Shown here piece by piece: positions 9,775 through 20,113 of a stretch of 64,000 bases of DNA. Below the pieces are notes generated by a model. The model saw only the letters and a program-made list of their open reading frames with translations. It made no database searches and was not told where the DNA came from. A program made the translations under genes and the position numbers. Numbering within the stretch: the stretch's first letter is position 1; every line of letters starts with the position of its first letter. Origin of the DNA: an uncultured Eubacteriales bacterium (GTDB lineage: Bacteria; Bacillota; Clostridia; Oscillospirales; Acutalibacteraceae). Location of the stretch: NCBI GenBank assembly GCA_900540085.1, contig UQEU01000002.1, forward strand, positions 20,833 through 84,832, read 5' to 3'.

Positions 9775-11229
9775 ATGGCAAACACAGCAAATTCCACGCA
9801 AAAACGCTATGTCGGAGTTAAAGAAACGCTCATTTACGGCATAGCAAACAGCGGTCAGGTTATCGGATACAACCTTGTGCGGCAACAGTTAACGCTGTTT
9901 CTTGTAACTGTTTTCGGAATACCTTGGCAAGCCGTAACAATAATGATTTCCGTTATGGGCGTTTGGGATACCCTCAACGACCCTATGATGGGTACAATCG
10001 TTGACAAAACACGAACACGGTACGGTAAACTTCGACCGTATCTGCTTTTAGTTCCCATTCCGCTCGGCATTTTTACCATACTGTTTTTCGGCGGTGCAGA
10101 GTTTTTAAAAAATGTTGACTCGCCAACGACAAAAATAGTTTATATGTGTATTACATACTTTTTATGGGAGTTTTTCTACACGATAGGAGATATTCCTTTT
10201 TGGGGACTTTCTGCGGCAATTTCTCCAAACCCCGACGATCGTTCAAGAGTAATAACATCGGCTCGACTGATTTCAGGCGCAATCGGCGGTCTTGTTGCTC
10301 CCATCATTTCAATTTTCATTGACCTTCAAAACAAGGGCACCATCGGAATTGATATGCGGCAATTATTCTTGATTTTCGGAATTGTAGGCGGTACGCTCGG
10401 TATGGGACTATTCTCACTTGCAGGCATTTTTACACGAGAGAGAGTTGTCCAGACATCAAAAGAACCGAAAATTTCCGACTGTTTCAAAGCACTGTTTAAA
10501 AATAAGCCTTTAATTTTAATTGTAATCTCAAACATTCTCGGCACAGTCGAAAGCATTGCCGACACATTTACACAGTATTTTTACCTTTTCACTTTGGGAA
10601 GTGCAAGCTACTCGATTATAGCAGGCGTTCCCGGTGTAATTACAGGGTTTGTAGCATATACATTTATACCGGCACTTGAAAAAAGATGGTCGTCAAAACA
10701 AATCATAGTTCGTGCAGTAATCGTAAAAGCAATCGTATCATCAGCAGTATTTATAATAGGTGCAAAATGGTACAGAAATCCGGCTGTAATCATACCTCTT
10801 ATGATGATTTGGGGCGTTGTAAATGCAGCAGTTTCAAGTATCAAAATGGTAATACCGACAAAGATGATAGGCGACACCGTTGACTATGTCGAATGGAAAA
10901 CAGGCGAACGAAATGAAGGTACTTCTTTCTCACTTCTCACTTTCATCAGCAAACTCACAGGCTCTCTCACAACAGCCGTTTCAGTTGCTATAATGCCTCT
11001 TATCGGTCTCGAGGAAGTCGGTCAGGATATGATTTTGGCTGAAGGAGGAGAAATAAATACACGCTTTATGCTTTGGGCTATCGTAACAATCATACCTGCC
11101 GTACTAAATCTTTTCTCGCTCATTCCGTTTAAATTCTATGACCTTGAAGGCAAAAAACTTGAGAAAATCCAAAGCGACCTTATAGTTCGCCATGAAAAAG
11201 AAACACAGTCTATTTCACAGGAGGGCTAA
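9775..11229 (+). CDS. MFS transporter, glycoside-pentoside-hexuronide (GPH):cation symporter family (MelB-like)
   Basis: 484 aa, about 12 TM segments. GPH-family N-terminal signature (GVWDTLNDPMMGTIVDKTRTRYGKLRPY). Confidence 0.8.
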   Translation: MANTANSTQKRYVGVKETLIYGIANSGQVIGYNLVRQQLTLFLVTVFGIPWQAVTIMISVMGVWDTLNDPMMGTIVDKTRTRYGKLRPYLLLVPIPLGIFTILFFGGAEFLKNVDSPTTKIVYMCITYFLWEFFYTIGDIPFWGLSAAISPNPDDRSRVITSARLISGAIGGLVAPIISIFIDLQNKGTIGIDMRQLFLIFGIVGGTLGMGLFSLAGIFTRERVVQTSKEPKISDCFKALFKNKPLILIVISNILGTVESIADTFTQYFYLFTLGSASYSIIAGVPGVITGFVAYTFIPALEKRWSSKQIIVRAVIVKAIVSSAVFIIGAKWYRNPAVIIPLMMIWGVVNAAVSSIKMVIPTKMIGDTVDYVEWKTGERNEGTSFSLLTFISKLTGSLTTAVSVAIMPLIGLEEVGQDMILAEGGEINTRFMLWAIVTIIPAVLNLFSLIPFKFYDLEGKKLEKIQSDLIVRHEKETQSISQEG

Positions 11230-11231
11230 AT

Positions 11232-11456
11232 ATGATTGAGAATAAATGTCCGAAATGCAACAAGAAACTAAGCCCTTTTTATTTCAAGCCAAATTGTCCT
11301 TACTGCAATTGCAATATTATGAATTATAATATGGAAAAAAGACTTGAGGAAGATAACGAAAAGGCTGAAGCAGAATGGCAAAAAGCAGAAAGACTTCTTG
11401 CCAAATTTACAAAAATATTTAAGAAAAAGAACAAAGAGGGAGAAAAAAATGAATAA
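11232..11456 (+). CDS. Small zinc-ribbon protein (CxxC-x12-CxxC) with charged C-terminal tail
   Basis: 74 aa. CPKC ... CPYC pair. Coupled to flanking genes. Confidence 0.4.
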   Translation: MIENKCPKCNKKLSPFYFKPNCPYCNCNIMNYNMEKRLEEDNEKAEAEWQKAERLLAKFTKIFKKKNKEGEKNE

Positions 11457-12702
11457 AACAAAAAGATTTTTCGCAGTCATCTTTGCTTTGATAATGACTT
11501 TTTCATCATTTGCAATTTGTGCAAATGCAGATGAAAACACAAAAGAACTGAAATTTAAAGACGGAAAATTTAAAATTCTTGTTTTGGCAGATGTCCAAGA
11601 CACCGACAAACCTCAACAGGAAACCGTTGATTTGATGACAAATGCAATCGACAAAACTCAGCCTGACTTGATTGTGCTGACAGGCGACAATATTGCGGGC
11701 TGGTGGAGAAATGTTACACCTGAAAAAACAAAAAAAGCAGTTGAAAATGTTGCAAAAACAATCAACGACAGAAAAATTCCGTTTGCACTTGTTTTCGGAA
11801 ATCACGACCACGAAGGTCTCAGCGACGAAGTAAACCAAATGGAAGAGGCAGAAGCAAAAGAACTTGTTTTATCGTGGTTTAAAGAGTATGAATACTGCCT
11901 TGCTGCCGAAGGTGAAGAAATGACAGGTCTTGCAAACTACAATCTCACCGTAAAAGACTCTGTGGGAGAAAAAGATATTTTCAATATGTGGTTTATGGAC
12001 TCAAACACCTACTCTGACGAAAGCGAAGGCGGCGGATACGGCTATGTCCACAAAGACCAGATAGAATGGTACGAAAGTAAGTCTAACGAACTTAAAGAAG
12101 CAAACGGCGGAAAGCCATTGCCGTCATTGGTATTCCAGCATATAGCAGTGCCTGAAACATACGAAATGTTTAATGAAGTACCAAAAGGTACAAAAGGTGC
12201 AATCAGAGGAAACGCAGGCCACACAAAACAATACTATGTTGAAAATCCTGACTATGTTTTACAGGGCGAATTGAACGAAGGACCTTGTTCGGCAAATACG
12301 GCAAACGACGGTCAATTTGACAGTTGGGTAAAACAGGGCGATGTTATAGGTGCAGTTTTCGGACACGACCATATCAACACATATACAGGCGAACTTGAAG
12401 GTATAAAACTTATGGCAACACCGGGTGTAACTTTCCATGCTTACGGAAACAACAGAGGTGTTCGCACTATCACTTTAAATGAGTCAAATTTAAACGATTT
12501 TGAAACTGAAGTTTTGTTGTTCAGCGACCTTGTTGACTATGAAGTAAAAAATATTTTCATTAGAGAATTCGGTTACGAAACATACAGACGCAAAATTATT
12601 CCTGCAATTATCGGTATATCTGTCGGATTGGTTGTGATTGCAGCGACTGTCACGGTAACTGTAAAAGTTGTTAAAAAGAAAAAGAGCGAAAAAAATAAAT
12701 AA
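11449..12702 (+). CDS. Calcineurin-like metallophosphoesterase, secreted and membrane-anchored (signal peptide plus C-terminal TM)
   Basis: Metallophosphatase motifs (GDNI, GNHDH, GHDH). N-terminal signal peptide MNKTKRFFAVIFALIM. C-terminal hydrophobic segment followed by KKKK. The ATG at 11449 is preferred over the track start at 11344. Confidence 0.8.
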   Translation: MNKTKRFFAVIFALIMTFSSFAICANADENTKELKFKDGKFKILVLADVQDTDKPQQETVDLMTNAIDKTQPDLIVLTGDNIAGWWRNVTPEKTKKAVENVAKTINDRKIPFALVFGNHDHEGLSDEVNQMEEAEAKELVLSWFKEYEYCLAAEGEEMTGLANYNLTVKDSVGEKDIFNMWFMDSNTYSDESEGGGYGYVHKDQIEWYESKSNELKEANGGKPLPSLVFQHIAVPETYEMFNEVPKGTKGAIRGNAGHTKQYYVENPDYVLQGELNEGPCSANTANDGQFDSWVKQGDVIGAVFGHDHINTYTGELEGIKLMATPGVTFHAYGNNRGVRTITLNESNLNDFETEVLLFSDLVDYEVKNIFIREFGYETYRRKIIPAIIGISVGLVVIAATVTVTVKVVKKKKSEKNK

Positions 12703-12710
12703 GCCATAAT

Positions 12711-12742
12711 AAAAGCATCGGTTAAACCGATGCTTTTATTGT
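12711..12742 (+). terminator. Rho-independent terminator
   Basis: Hairpin aagcatcggtt-aaaccgatgctt followed by a T-rich stretch. Confidence 0.65.
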
Positions 12743-12831
12743 TTGCAACTGTCAGTTGACAAACTTCAAACTCAACTTTATAGACATTTATTTTGTCTTT
12801 TGCTAAACTGTATCAAAAGGAGTTGAATTAA

Positions 12832-13446
12832 TTGAATATAGGCGAAAGAATTTATGAATTGAGAAGAAAAAACAGTATGTCACAGGAAGATTTAGCAGAA
12901 AAGATGAATGTTTCCCGTCAATCAATTTCCAAATGGGAAAGCAGTCAAAGTGTTCCCGAAGTTGAAAGAATAATACAGTTGAGCAATATTTTCAATGTTT
13001 CAACAGATTGGATATTGAAAGGAGAAAATTCAAAAAAACAAACAAGTCAATCAAACAAGAACAATTTAAAATCGGTTCAGACAGTGTCAACTGCACTGAA
13101 TTATACAGGATTTGTAATCGGAACTTTTATACTTTTTGAAAAGCAGGCAGTTTGGGCAGTTGCCGTACCCATTGTTTTTTCTATACTGTCGCTTGCAATT
13201 TACTTTGCAGTTTACAGCGACAGCGAAAACACAGATGAAAAGAAGCAATCATTGAATACTTTTATAAAATTAAACATATTCATATTTTCTTTTTGGATAT
13301 TGTTGTTTATTCCTTGCATTATTGTAATTCGTGCATTTTCAGTTTTAAGTTTTATACCCAATTTTTTGTTAGTACCCGCAATTATTTTAATTGTTACAAT
13401 ATATCTAACAATTTGTATTTACATTTTAAAAAAGTGCAAAAAATAA
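12832..13446 (+). CDS. XRE-family HTH transcriptional regulator with C-terminal multi-TM domain
   Basis: N-terminal HTH_3 (LRRKNSMSQEDLAEKMNVSRQSISKWE). C-terminal half has 3-4 hydrophobic helices. Confidence 0.75.
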   Translation: MNIGERIYELRRKNSMSQEDLAEKMNVSRQSISKWESSQSVPEVERIIQLSNIFNVSTDWILKGENSKKQTSQSNKNNLKSVQTVSTALNYTGFVIGTFILFEKQAVWAVAVPIVFSILSLAIYFAVYSDSENTDEKKQSLNTFIKLNIFIFSFWILLFIPCIIVIRAFSVLSFIPNFLLVPAIILIVTIYLTICIYILKKCKK

Positions 13447-13474
13447 GCCTGCTGAATTCAGCAGGCTTATTTTA
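13445..13474. terminator. Bidirectional rho-independent terminator between the XRE gene (+) and gap (-)
   Basis: Perfect hairpin aagcctgctgaattcagcaggctt, flanked by an A-run upstream and a T-run downstream. Confidence 0.75.
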
Positions 13475-13486
13475 TTACTTATAAAC

Positions 13487-14500
13487 TTATGCAAGTTCTG
13501 AGAAGTATTTGATAGTTCTAACCATCTGTGATGTGTATGAGTTTTCGTTGTCATACCAAGCAACTACCTGTACTTCATAGAGACCGTCTGCAACTTTGCT
13601 AACCATTGTCTGAGTAGCGTCGAAGAGTGAGCCGTATCTCATACCAACGATATCTGAAGAAACGATTTCGTCTTCGTTGTAGCCGTAAGACTCTGTTGCA
13701 GCAGCTTTCATAGCGGCGTTGATGCCTTCAACTGTAACATCGTCGCCTTTAACAACAGCTGTAAGAATTGTTGTTGAACCTGTTGGTGTAGGAACTCTCT
13801 GTGCAGAACCGATGAGTTTGCCGTTGAGTTCAGGAATTACAAGACCGATTGCTTTTGCAGCACCTGTTGAGTTAGGAACAATGTTAACTGCAGCAGCTCT
13901 TGAACGACGAAGGTCGCCTTTTCTTTGAGGACCGTCAAGAGTCATTTGGTCGCCTGTGTAAGCGTGGATTGTAACCATGATACCGCTCTGGATTTCAGCA
14001 TATTCGTGAAGAGCTTTTGCCATAGGAGCAAGGCAGTTAGTTGTGCAAGAAGCAGCAGAAATAACTGTGTCTTCAGCTTTAAGAGTGTCGTGGTTTACAT
14101 TGTAAACGATTGTAGGAAGGTCGTTACCTGCAGGAGCAGAAATAACAACTTTACGAGCACCGGCTTTGATGTGAGCCTCTGCTTTTGCTTTTGATGTGTA
14201 GAAACCTGTGCATTCAAGAACTACGTCTACGCCGAGTTCGCCCCAAGGAAGTTCTGAAGCGTCTGCTTTAGCGTAAATTTTGATTTCTTTACCATCAACA
14301 ATGATTGAATCATCTGTTGCAGAAACTGTATCTGCAAGAGCATATTTACCTTGTGATGAATCATACTTGAGAAGATGTGCAAGCATTTTAGGACTTGTCA
14401 AATCGTTGATTGCAACTACTTCGTAACCTTCTGCGCCAAACATTTGACGGAAAGCAAGACGGCCGATACGACCAAAACCATTAATAGCAACTTTTACCAT
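13487..14500 (-). CDS. gap: Glyceraldehyde-3-phosphate dehydrogenase, type I
   Basis: N-terminal [17 protein letters not shown]-binding motif. Active-site SCTTNCLAP. Start taken at MVKV. Confidence 0.95.
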   Translation of the reverse strand: MVKVAINGFGRIGRLAFRQMFGAEGYEVVAINDLTSPKMLAHLLKYDSSQGKYALADTVSATDDSIIVDGKEIKIYAKADASELPWGELGVDVVLECTGFYTSKAKAEAHIKAGARKVVISAPAGNDLPTIVYNVNHDTLKAEDTVISAASCTTNCLAPMAKALHEYAEIQSGIMVTIHAYTGDQMTLDGPQRKGDLRRSRAAAVNIVPNSTGAAKAIGLVIPELNGKLIGSAQRVPTPTGSTTILTAVVKGDDVTVEGINAAMKAAATESYGYNEDEIVSSDIVGMRYGSLFDATQTMVSKVADGLYEVQVVAWYDNENSYTSQMVRTIKYFSELA

Positions 14501-14738
14501 TTGAAAAACCTCCAAAAAATTTTAGAATAAATATTAAATCGGCAGGCTTTAAATATAAAACATTTATGTCCGCCTGATTTTTTTCTTTATTATTCTATAC
14601 TTTTTGTTTGCAATAATCAAGTGATTTTTCAACTTATAAAAAGTTTGTTGATTATCGACAAAATGACAGGCAAAAAATGTTAAAAAAATAACAAAATAAG
14701 CAAAACATTGAAAAGTGTTACGATAAATACAGTACACT

Positions 14739-15320
14739 TTACTCATCATCGTCTTGTACATAAACAACATTGTCATCATTCTTCATTTGACTTTGAGAAT
14801 TTTTTACTCTGAAATAAACGGAAATGTCAATGATTGAGAAAACAATAAACGAAATTCCTATAAGTCTTGTTATGATAACTGCCGAGTGGAACGGATTGAA
14901 AATAATCAAAAATCCCGCAATCGTTACAAGCACTGCCGTAACTGCCGAAAGCCACCATCCCGGCATCAAAAGTTTAATTGAAACCGATTTGAAAATATCG
15001 CCTATACCTTTAACGACAAGAAACAGTCCGATTAAAAACTGAATGATTGAAATAAAAAATTCACTCTTAACACAAAGCACTATACCGAAAACAATCGCCA
15101 AAGCTCCCGGCACAATCGCAAGTGCAGACAAAACGGACGAATGGTTTGATATAAACGAAATGACAAGCACAACGCCGAGCGCAATTAAAGCAATACCTAT
15201 CACATAGCAAATAACATTTACCGTAATTGAAGGAAACGCAAGTAAAATTACGCCGATAATCATAGCGATGATACCCGAATACAAACTCAATTTTTTTGCA
15301 CCTTTTAAAAATTCAAGCAT
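14739..15320 (-). CDS. HdeD/DUF308-family membrane protein
   Basis: 193 aa, 6 predicted TM helices in paired repeats, characteristic of DUF308. Confidence 0.55.
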   Translation of the reverse strand: MLEFLKGAKKLSLYSGIIAMIIGVILLAFPSITVNVICYVIGIALIALGVVLVISFISNHSSVLSALAIVPGALAIVFGIVLCVKSEFFISIIQFLIGLFLVVKGIGDIFKSVSIKLLMPGWWLSAVTAVLVTIAGFLIIFNPFHSAVIITRLIGISFIVFSIIDISVYFRVKNSQSQMKNDDNVVYVQDDDE

Positions 15321-15347
15321 ATTAACCCCTCCTGAATAATTTAAAAA

Positions 15348-15506
15348 TCAATCGTCGGAGCCCTCAATATCAAGGACGCCGTCTGAAAAGCCCGAAGCAG
15401 TAACGACAGGCATTTCTTTTTTCTTTGTCTTTGAGCAGGAAGCAAAGCAACTGCACACCAATATGACTGCCAATATCAAAGCAAATAACTTTTTAAAAAT
15501 TTTCAT
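15348..15506 (-). CDS. Small putative lipoprotein (52 aa), not in the ORF track
   Basis: Reverse-strand ORF MKIFKKLFALILAVILVCSCFASCSK with a signal peptide and Cys-rich lipobox-like region. RBS AAGGAGATGG is 5 nt upstream. Confidence 0.35.
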   Translation of the reverse strand: MKIFKKLFALILAVILVCSCFASCSKTKKKEMPVVTASGFSDGVLDIEGSDD

Positions 15507-15650
15507 TTATCCATCTCCTTTATTTTATACATAATTATATAAGATTATTTCACTTAAATCAACCGAATACGGCAACATTCACGCTAAATTTTATTAAAAA
15601 TTATTTTTTACGGTTGTATTATAACTGTTTAATGAATTATATATTATAAT

Positions 15651-15679
15651 TTGACAAAACCGACAGTATTTGCTATATT
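15651..15679 (+). promoter_or_regulatory. Sigma-A type promoter for proS: -35 TTGACA, 17 nt, -10 TATATT. A short GC hairpin follows in the 5' UTR.
   Basis: TTGACA at 15651-15656 and TATATT at 15674-15679. The 5' UTR contains ctgccgacctgaaattatgctgcggcag (stem CTGCCG/CGGCAG). Confidence 0.5.
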
Positions 15680-15735
15680 TAAAATATCTGCCGACCTGAA
15701 ATTATGCTGCGGCAGTTGTTTTAGGAGGACTCAAA

Positions 15736-17526
15736 ATGAAAGTTAGAAATTTATTGTCAAAAACGGTTGAAACCGTTGCTCAAAGCGACTGCGAAAGCCA
15801 AAAAATAATGATTAAAGGCTCATATATGAAACAGATGAGCAGTGGTATATATTCTCTTTTTGCACCGACAAAAAGAATAACAAAAAAAGTTGAAAACATC
15901 ATCCGTGATGAAATGGACAGAATTGACGGTCAGGAAGTTATGTTTCCTGTTGTAATGCCCGCTTCACTTTGGAAAAGTTCGGGAAGATTTTATTCAATCG
16001 GAAACGAGATGGTGCGTTTTTCCGACAGGTCAAACAAAGAAAACGAGTCAAATATGGTACTCGGTATGACTCACGAAGAAGCGGCCGTACACCTTGCAAG
16101 CAATGTTGCCCAATCGCACAGCGATTTTCCTTTTATGATTTACCAAATTCAGACTAAGTTCCGTGACGAGCCTCGTTCAAGAGCAGGACTTATCCGTGTG
16201 CGTGAGTTCACTATGAAAGACGCATACTCTTTCCACACCTCGCAAGAAGACCTTGAAAAATACTATGACCGTTGCTACAAAGCATACGAAAGAATTTTTG
16301 CAAGAGCAGGCGTGCCTGAAGTTATCGCAGTTAAAAGCGACTCGGGTATGATGGGCGGTTCTGTTTCTCACGAATTTATGCTTTTGACAGATATTGGCGA
16401 AGACTCGATTGCAATATGCCCCGAGTGTAACTACAAAGCAAATATGGAAGCGGCAGACTGCGTATTTGACAACAGCGACAACACCGTTGTTGAAGAACTT
16501 GAACTCAAAGAAACGCCAAACGCAAAAACAGTTGCCGATGTTGCAGAGTTTCTCGGAAAAACGGCAAAAGATGTTTGCAAAGCCGTTGTTTACAGAAGAA
16601 AGGACAACGATGAGTTCATTCTCGCATTTATACGAGGCGACCTTGAAATCAACGAAACAAAACTCAAAAACCTTATCGGTGCAGATATTTATCCTGCTGA
16701 AGATATTTCTGACGCTGACTTTGTTGCAGGCTTTATAGGTCCTATCAATCTCAAAGCAAAATGTCAAATCATTTACGACAAGAGTGTTGACGGTTGTGCT
16801 TCAATGATATGCGGTGCAAATAAAGAGGGTTATCACTATACAGGCGTAAATGTCAAAAGAGATGTCGGTGATGTCGAATATTTTGATATTTCTAAAATCA
16901 CAAACGGCTCTGTCTGTCCCGTTTGCCATAAAAAATCAATAACAATTAAAAGAGGCATTGAAGTCGGAAATATTTTCCAACTCGGCACAAAATACACCGA
17001 AGCTATGAATATGCTTTATACAGACAAGGACAACACGCAAAAGCATCCTATTATGGGCTGCTACGGTATCGGTGTAGGCAGACTTGTTGCGTCTGTTTGT
17101 GAAGCAAAAAGATATTCACGCACAAGATTTGACAAAAAAGCAGGCAAAGAAATCACTGCTTGGTATCCGCTTTGGCCAATGTCTATTTCTCCTTGGCAGG
17201 TACAAATCTGTGCTTTAAATGCATCTAAAAACGAAGATGTACAAAAAACTGCCGACAAATTGTATGAAGAACTGACTGCTCTCGGTGCAGAAGTTCTCTA
17301 TGACGACAGAAGTGTAAGTATCGGTTCTATGCTTACCGACGCTGACCTTTTCGGTATTCCGCTTCGCATTATCGTAAGTCCGAAAACACTTTCAAGAAAC
17401 GCTGTTGAGTTCACAAAACTCAATCTCGAACCTGAAAAGACAGAAACTGTTGACCTTGATTTTGACAATGCCGCAAAAACTGTATATCAGGAAATTAAAG
17501 CAGAACTTGAAAAGTACAATATATAA
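15736..17526 (+). CDS. proS: Proline--tRNA ligase (bacterial type with INS editing domain)
   Basis: 596 aa. Class II aaRS motifs, the N-terminal pattern conserved in bacterial ProRS, and a C-terminal anticodon-binding domain. Confidence 0.95.
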   Translation: MKVRNLLSKTVETVAQSDCESQKIMIKGSYMKQMSSGIYSLFAPTKRITKKVENIIRDEMDRIDGQEVMFPVVMPASLWKSSGRFYSIGNEMVRFSDRSNKENESNMVLGMTHEEAAVHLASNVAQSHSDFPFMIYQIQTKFRDEPRSRAGLIRVREFTMKDAYSFHTSQEDLEKYYDRCYKAYERIFARAGVPEVIAVKSDSGMMGGSVSHEFMLLTDIGEDSIAICPECNYKANMEAADCVFDNSDNTVVEELELKETPNAKTVADVAEFLGKTAKDVCKAVVYRRKDNDEFILAFIRGDLEINETKLKNLIGADIYPAEDISDADFVAGFIGPINLKAKCQIIYDKSVDGCASMICGANKEGYHYTGVNVKRDVGDVEYFDISKITNGSVCPVCHKKSITIKRGIEVGNIFQLGTKYTEAMNMLYTDKDNTQKHPIMGCYGIGVGRLVASVCEAKRYSRTRFDKKAGKEITAWYPLWPMSISPWQVQICALNASKNEDVQKTADKLYEELTALGAEVLYDDRSVSIGSMLTDADLFGIPLRIIVSPKTLSRNAVEFTKLNLEPEKTETVDLDFDNAAKTVYQEIKAELEKYNI

Positions 17527-17562
17527 TTTAATCGCAAAAAATATTTAATTCATAAAAACACA

Positions 17563-17592
17563 AAACGCCCGAAAATTCGGGCGTTTGATTTA
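17563..17592 (+). terminator. Rho-independent terminator after proS
   Basis: Hairpin aaacgcccgaaaattcgggcgttt followed by a T-rich stretch. Confidence 0.6.
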
Positions 17593-17604
17593 TGCGAGGA
17601 TAAT

Positions 17605-18144
17605 ATGAAAGAATACTTTGATATAATCACAAAAGACGGAAAAGAAACAGGAATAAAAAAGGAAAGAAACGCAGTCCACACAGACGGAGATTGGCACAAA
17701 AGCGTGCATATATGGGCAAAGGAAAACAACAAAATACTTTTTCAAAAACGAAAAGACGACAAAGAGAGTTTTCCCTCTTGCTACGACGCCGCCTGTACAG
17801 GTCATGTTGACGCAGGCGAAACATATCTGCAAGCGGCAATACGAGAAGTCAAAGAAGAAATAGGACTTGAAATTGACGAAAAAAATCTTTTACCTGTTTG
17901 CAAAAAACATTTTTGCGTAGATGAAAATTTCAACGGCAAAAAATTCATTTCAAATGAACTCACACAAATATATCTTTTAAAAGACTGTGATTTTTCAAAT
18001 CTTTCTTTTCAAGAAGAAGAAATCAGCGAATTAAAATGGTTTTCTGTTGAAGAACTGAAAAAAATAATTAACGGCAAAAATTTTTGTGCTTCATACAGTG
18101 AATTTAAAGAAATATTAAATTTCGCAGAAAAAAACAATATATAG
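17605..18144 (+). CDS. NUDIX hydrolase
   Basis: Nudix box GHVDAGETYLQAAIREVKEEIGL. Confidence 0.8.
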   Translation: MKEYFDIITKDGKETGIKKERNAVHTDGDWHKSVHIWAKENNKILFQKRKDDKESFPSCYDAACTGHVDAGETYLQAAIREVKEEIGLEIDEKNLLPVCKKHFCVDENFNGKKFISNELTQIYLLKDCDFSNLSFQEEEISELKWFSVEELKKIINGKNFCASYSEFKEILNFAEKNNI

Positions 18145-18154
18145 AAATAAGTAA

Positions 18155-18197
18155 AACACGGTGTAATTCAATAAAATGGGTTACACCGTGTTTTTAT
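18155..18197. terminator. Rho-independent terminator (hairpin aacacggtgtaa...ttacaccgtgtt plus T-run)
   Basis: 12-bp perfect stem followed by TTTTTAT. A-rich upstream flank, so it may serve both flanking genes. Confidence 0.7.
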
Positions 18198-18265
18198 AAT
18201 TTAATCGTATTTTTCACATAACGGTATAGTCAGAAAAATGCTGTCTGAATACTGAATTTAACCGT

Positions 18266-18811
18266 CTAAAGACTGCATTCTAATTGACAATCATACGGTT
18301 CATTTTCAACATGTTTTTGATTGTAAACTTCTGCCTCGACACAACCCATTGATTTGTAAAAAGCTTGACTCTCAACGGCTGAATGTGCAGATATATAGAG
18401 TTTTTTCGCTCCGTTTTGTTTAGCCCATTCTTTTGCCGCAAGAAAAAGTGTTCTGCCTATTCCTTTATTTCTCATATCCTCTGATATATGGATACTTGAC
18501 AAGTCGCAATATCTTTGTTCATCATCAAATATTTCCGATTCTACCGAAACAAAGCCTTTTAATTTTCCGTCATAAAAAGCAGCATAAACAAAGCCGTTAG
18601 AAAGGACTGTATTTTTTAAGCAGGAAATTAAAATTTGATAATCCTTTTCAGTCCAATCGTCAACAAAAGGAGCGTCTTTGAGTATCCATTTGCCATTTTC
18701 TTTACGCCAACATTTTGTAACAATTTGATGCCGAATAAAATCATTAAACAACTCCGGACAAATTTCTTCTTCACACAAAACTCTGTATTTTATTAAAACA
18801 TTATTTTCCAT
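18266..18811 (-). CDS. GNAT-family N-acetyltransferase
   Basis: Acetyl-CoA binding motif RNKGIGRTLF...AKQNGAKKLY. Confidence 0.8.
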   Translation of the reverse strand: MENNVLIKYRVLCEEEICPELFNDFIRHQIVTKCWRKENGKWILKDAPFVDDWTEKDYQILISCLKNTVLSNGFVYAAFYDGKLKGFVSVESEIFDDEQRYCDLSSIHISEDMRNKGIGRTLFLAAKEWAKQNGAKKLYISAHSAVESQAFYKSMGCVEAEVYNQKHVENEPYDCQLECSL

Positions 18812-18882
18812 TTTTTCTTTACCTTTACATTACCTTACCGCTGAATTTTGATTTTTCTATTTTTAACTAAACAAACCGAAAG

Positions 18883-19389
18883 TTATTTATCTTCAAAATT
18901 TCTGTAAAACTCTATCCAAGATTTTCCGAAAGTACGATATGCAATAGGCATATAAACGCATAGAATTAGTAAAGCCGGAACTAAAATAGAGCCGATAACA
19001 CCAACACCAACTTCTATATTTTTGATATTAGAATAATCATTGTCAGTTGTTACTTTAACGATTTCCTGTTCATCATTTACATAGACTTTTACTTCATCGC
19101 CAAATTCGTAATTTTCAGCAGATAATCCGTAATCTTTAAGGGCATACTCATATTTCTTTGAGTCATGCGTCCAATAAAAATTACCGTCATAGTCTATTCG
19201 TGCCATAACATATCCGTTCGCACCGTTTGGAGTAGCAGCATTTTCCATATTTTTTGAAAACGGTGTGTTAAATGCAAGAAGTAAAAATGCAATTATAACG
19301 GGAATACAACATATAATGACAAATACAGCAGTCCGTTTCATCAGCGAATTATAAGATTTTTTTATTTCATTATACTTTTCTTTAGGCAA
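18883..19389 (-). CDS. Hypothetical membrane protein (two TM segments); the N-terminus may be frameshifted
   Basis: TTG-initiated ORF with TM helices near both ends. An upstream out-of-frame ATG peptide (MSLTNISAGLNLTAQRFALM) at 19390-19465 suggests a disrupted 5' end. Confidence 0.35.
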   Translation of the reverse strand: MPKEKYNEIKKSYNSLMKRTAVFVIICCIPVIIAFLLLAFNTPFSKNMENAATPNGANGYVMARIDYDGNFYWTHDSKKYEYALKDYGLSAENYEFGDEVKVYVNDEQEIVKVTTDNDYSNIKNIEVGVGVIGSILVPALLILCVYMPIAYRTFGKSWIEFYRNFEDK

Positions 19390-19565
19390 ATGTTCTTTTG
19401 CTCACATCAATGCAAAACGCTGTGCTGTTAAATTAAGCCCTGCTGAAATATTTGTTAAACTCATAAAAGTCTCCTACTCTTACCGAATTTTAGCCATCAA
19501 TACTTAAATAATAAAAATCTGTGAATAGTCCCACATTCAACACTCACTTCAAAGTATAATATAAT

Positions 19566-20006
19566 TTATTTTTTATATATTATACTTAAATCTCCATCAA
19601 CAAATCCTATACCAATACCACAATATTCTTTTAACATATTAGAATATTTACCTGTATCAAGATAATTTTTCAAAAATGAAGTATATAAATCTTCTATTGT
19701 TTTCCAATTACTTTCTTTTACTAAAACATAAGGGTTTTCTCTTGTTGCATACACTTCATCGCAAGCCCAATCTGAATTATTTTCATCAAAAGTAGTAGTA
19801 CCCACTAATTCTATAGACCACTTATTATTACTATCTTCATACAAATTAAAGTTAATTGCTCTTATATTACTTGGAAGTTTCTTACTTAAAACTCCATCCA
19901 ACCAATTAAAAAATTCTATTTCTTCAGATTTTTTATTTGCATTTCCGGAAGTTCTCATTGCTAACTTTGACAACGAACTAATTGCGTGTCCTAAATCAAA
20001 TCCCAT
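19566..20006 (-). CDS. Hypothetical cytoplasmic protein
   Basis: 146 aa ORF, AT-rich, no recognisable motif. Confidence 0.4.
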   Translation of the reverse strand: MGFDLGHAISSLSKLAMRTSGNANKKSEEIEFFNWLDGVLSKKLPSNIRAINFNLYEDSNNKWSIELVGTTTFDENNSDWACDEVYATRENPYVLVKESNWKTIEDLYTSFLKNYLDTGKYSNMLKEYCGIGIGFVDGDLSIIYKK

Positions 20007-20113
20007 ATTCTCATCTCACTTTCAAATTATTTGTTTTATTTGTAGATATCCATAAAACTTTGAAAATTATTTTTGTGTCAAGGAAAAGCTTTATTCTTCT
20101 ATTGTAAGATTTT

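Noticed and set aside
15540-15735. T-box leader expected in front of proS
   Set aside because: No specifier-loop/antiterminator architecture and no AGGGUGGNACCGCG-like T-box sequence. Only a short GC hairpin is present.
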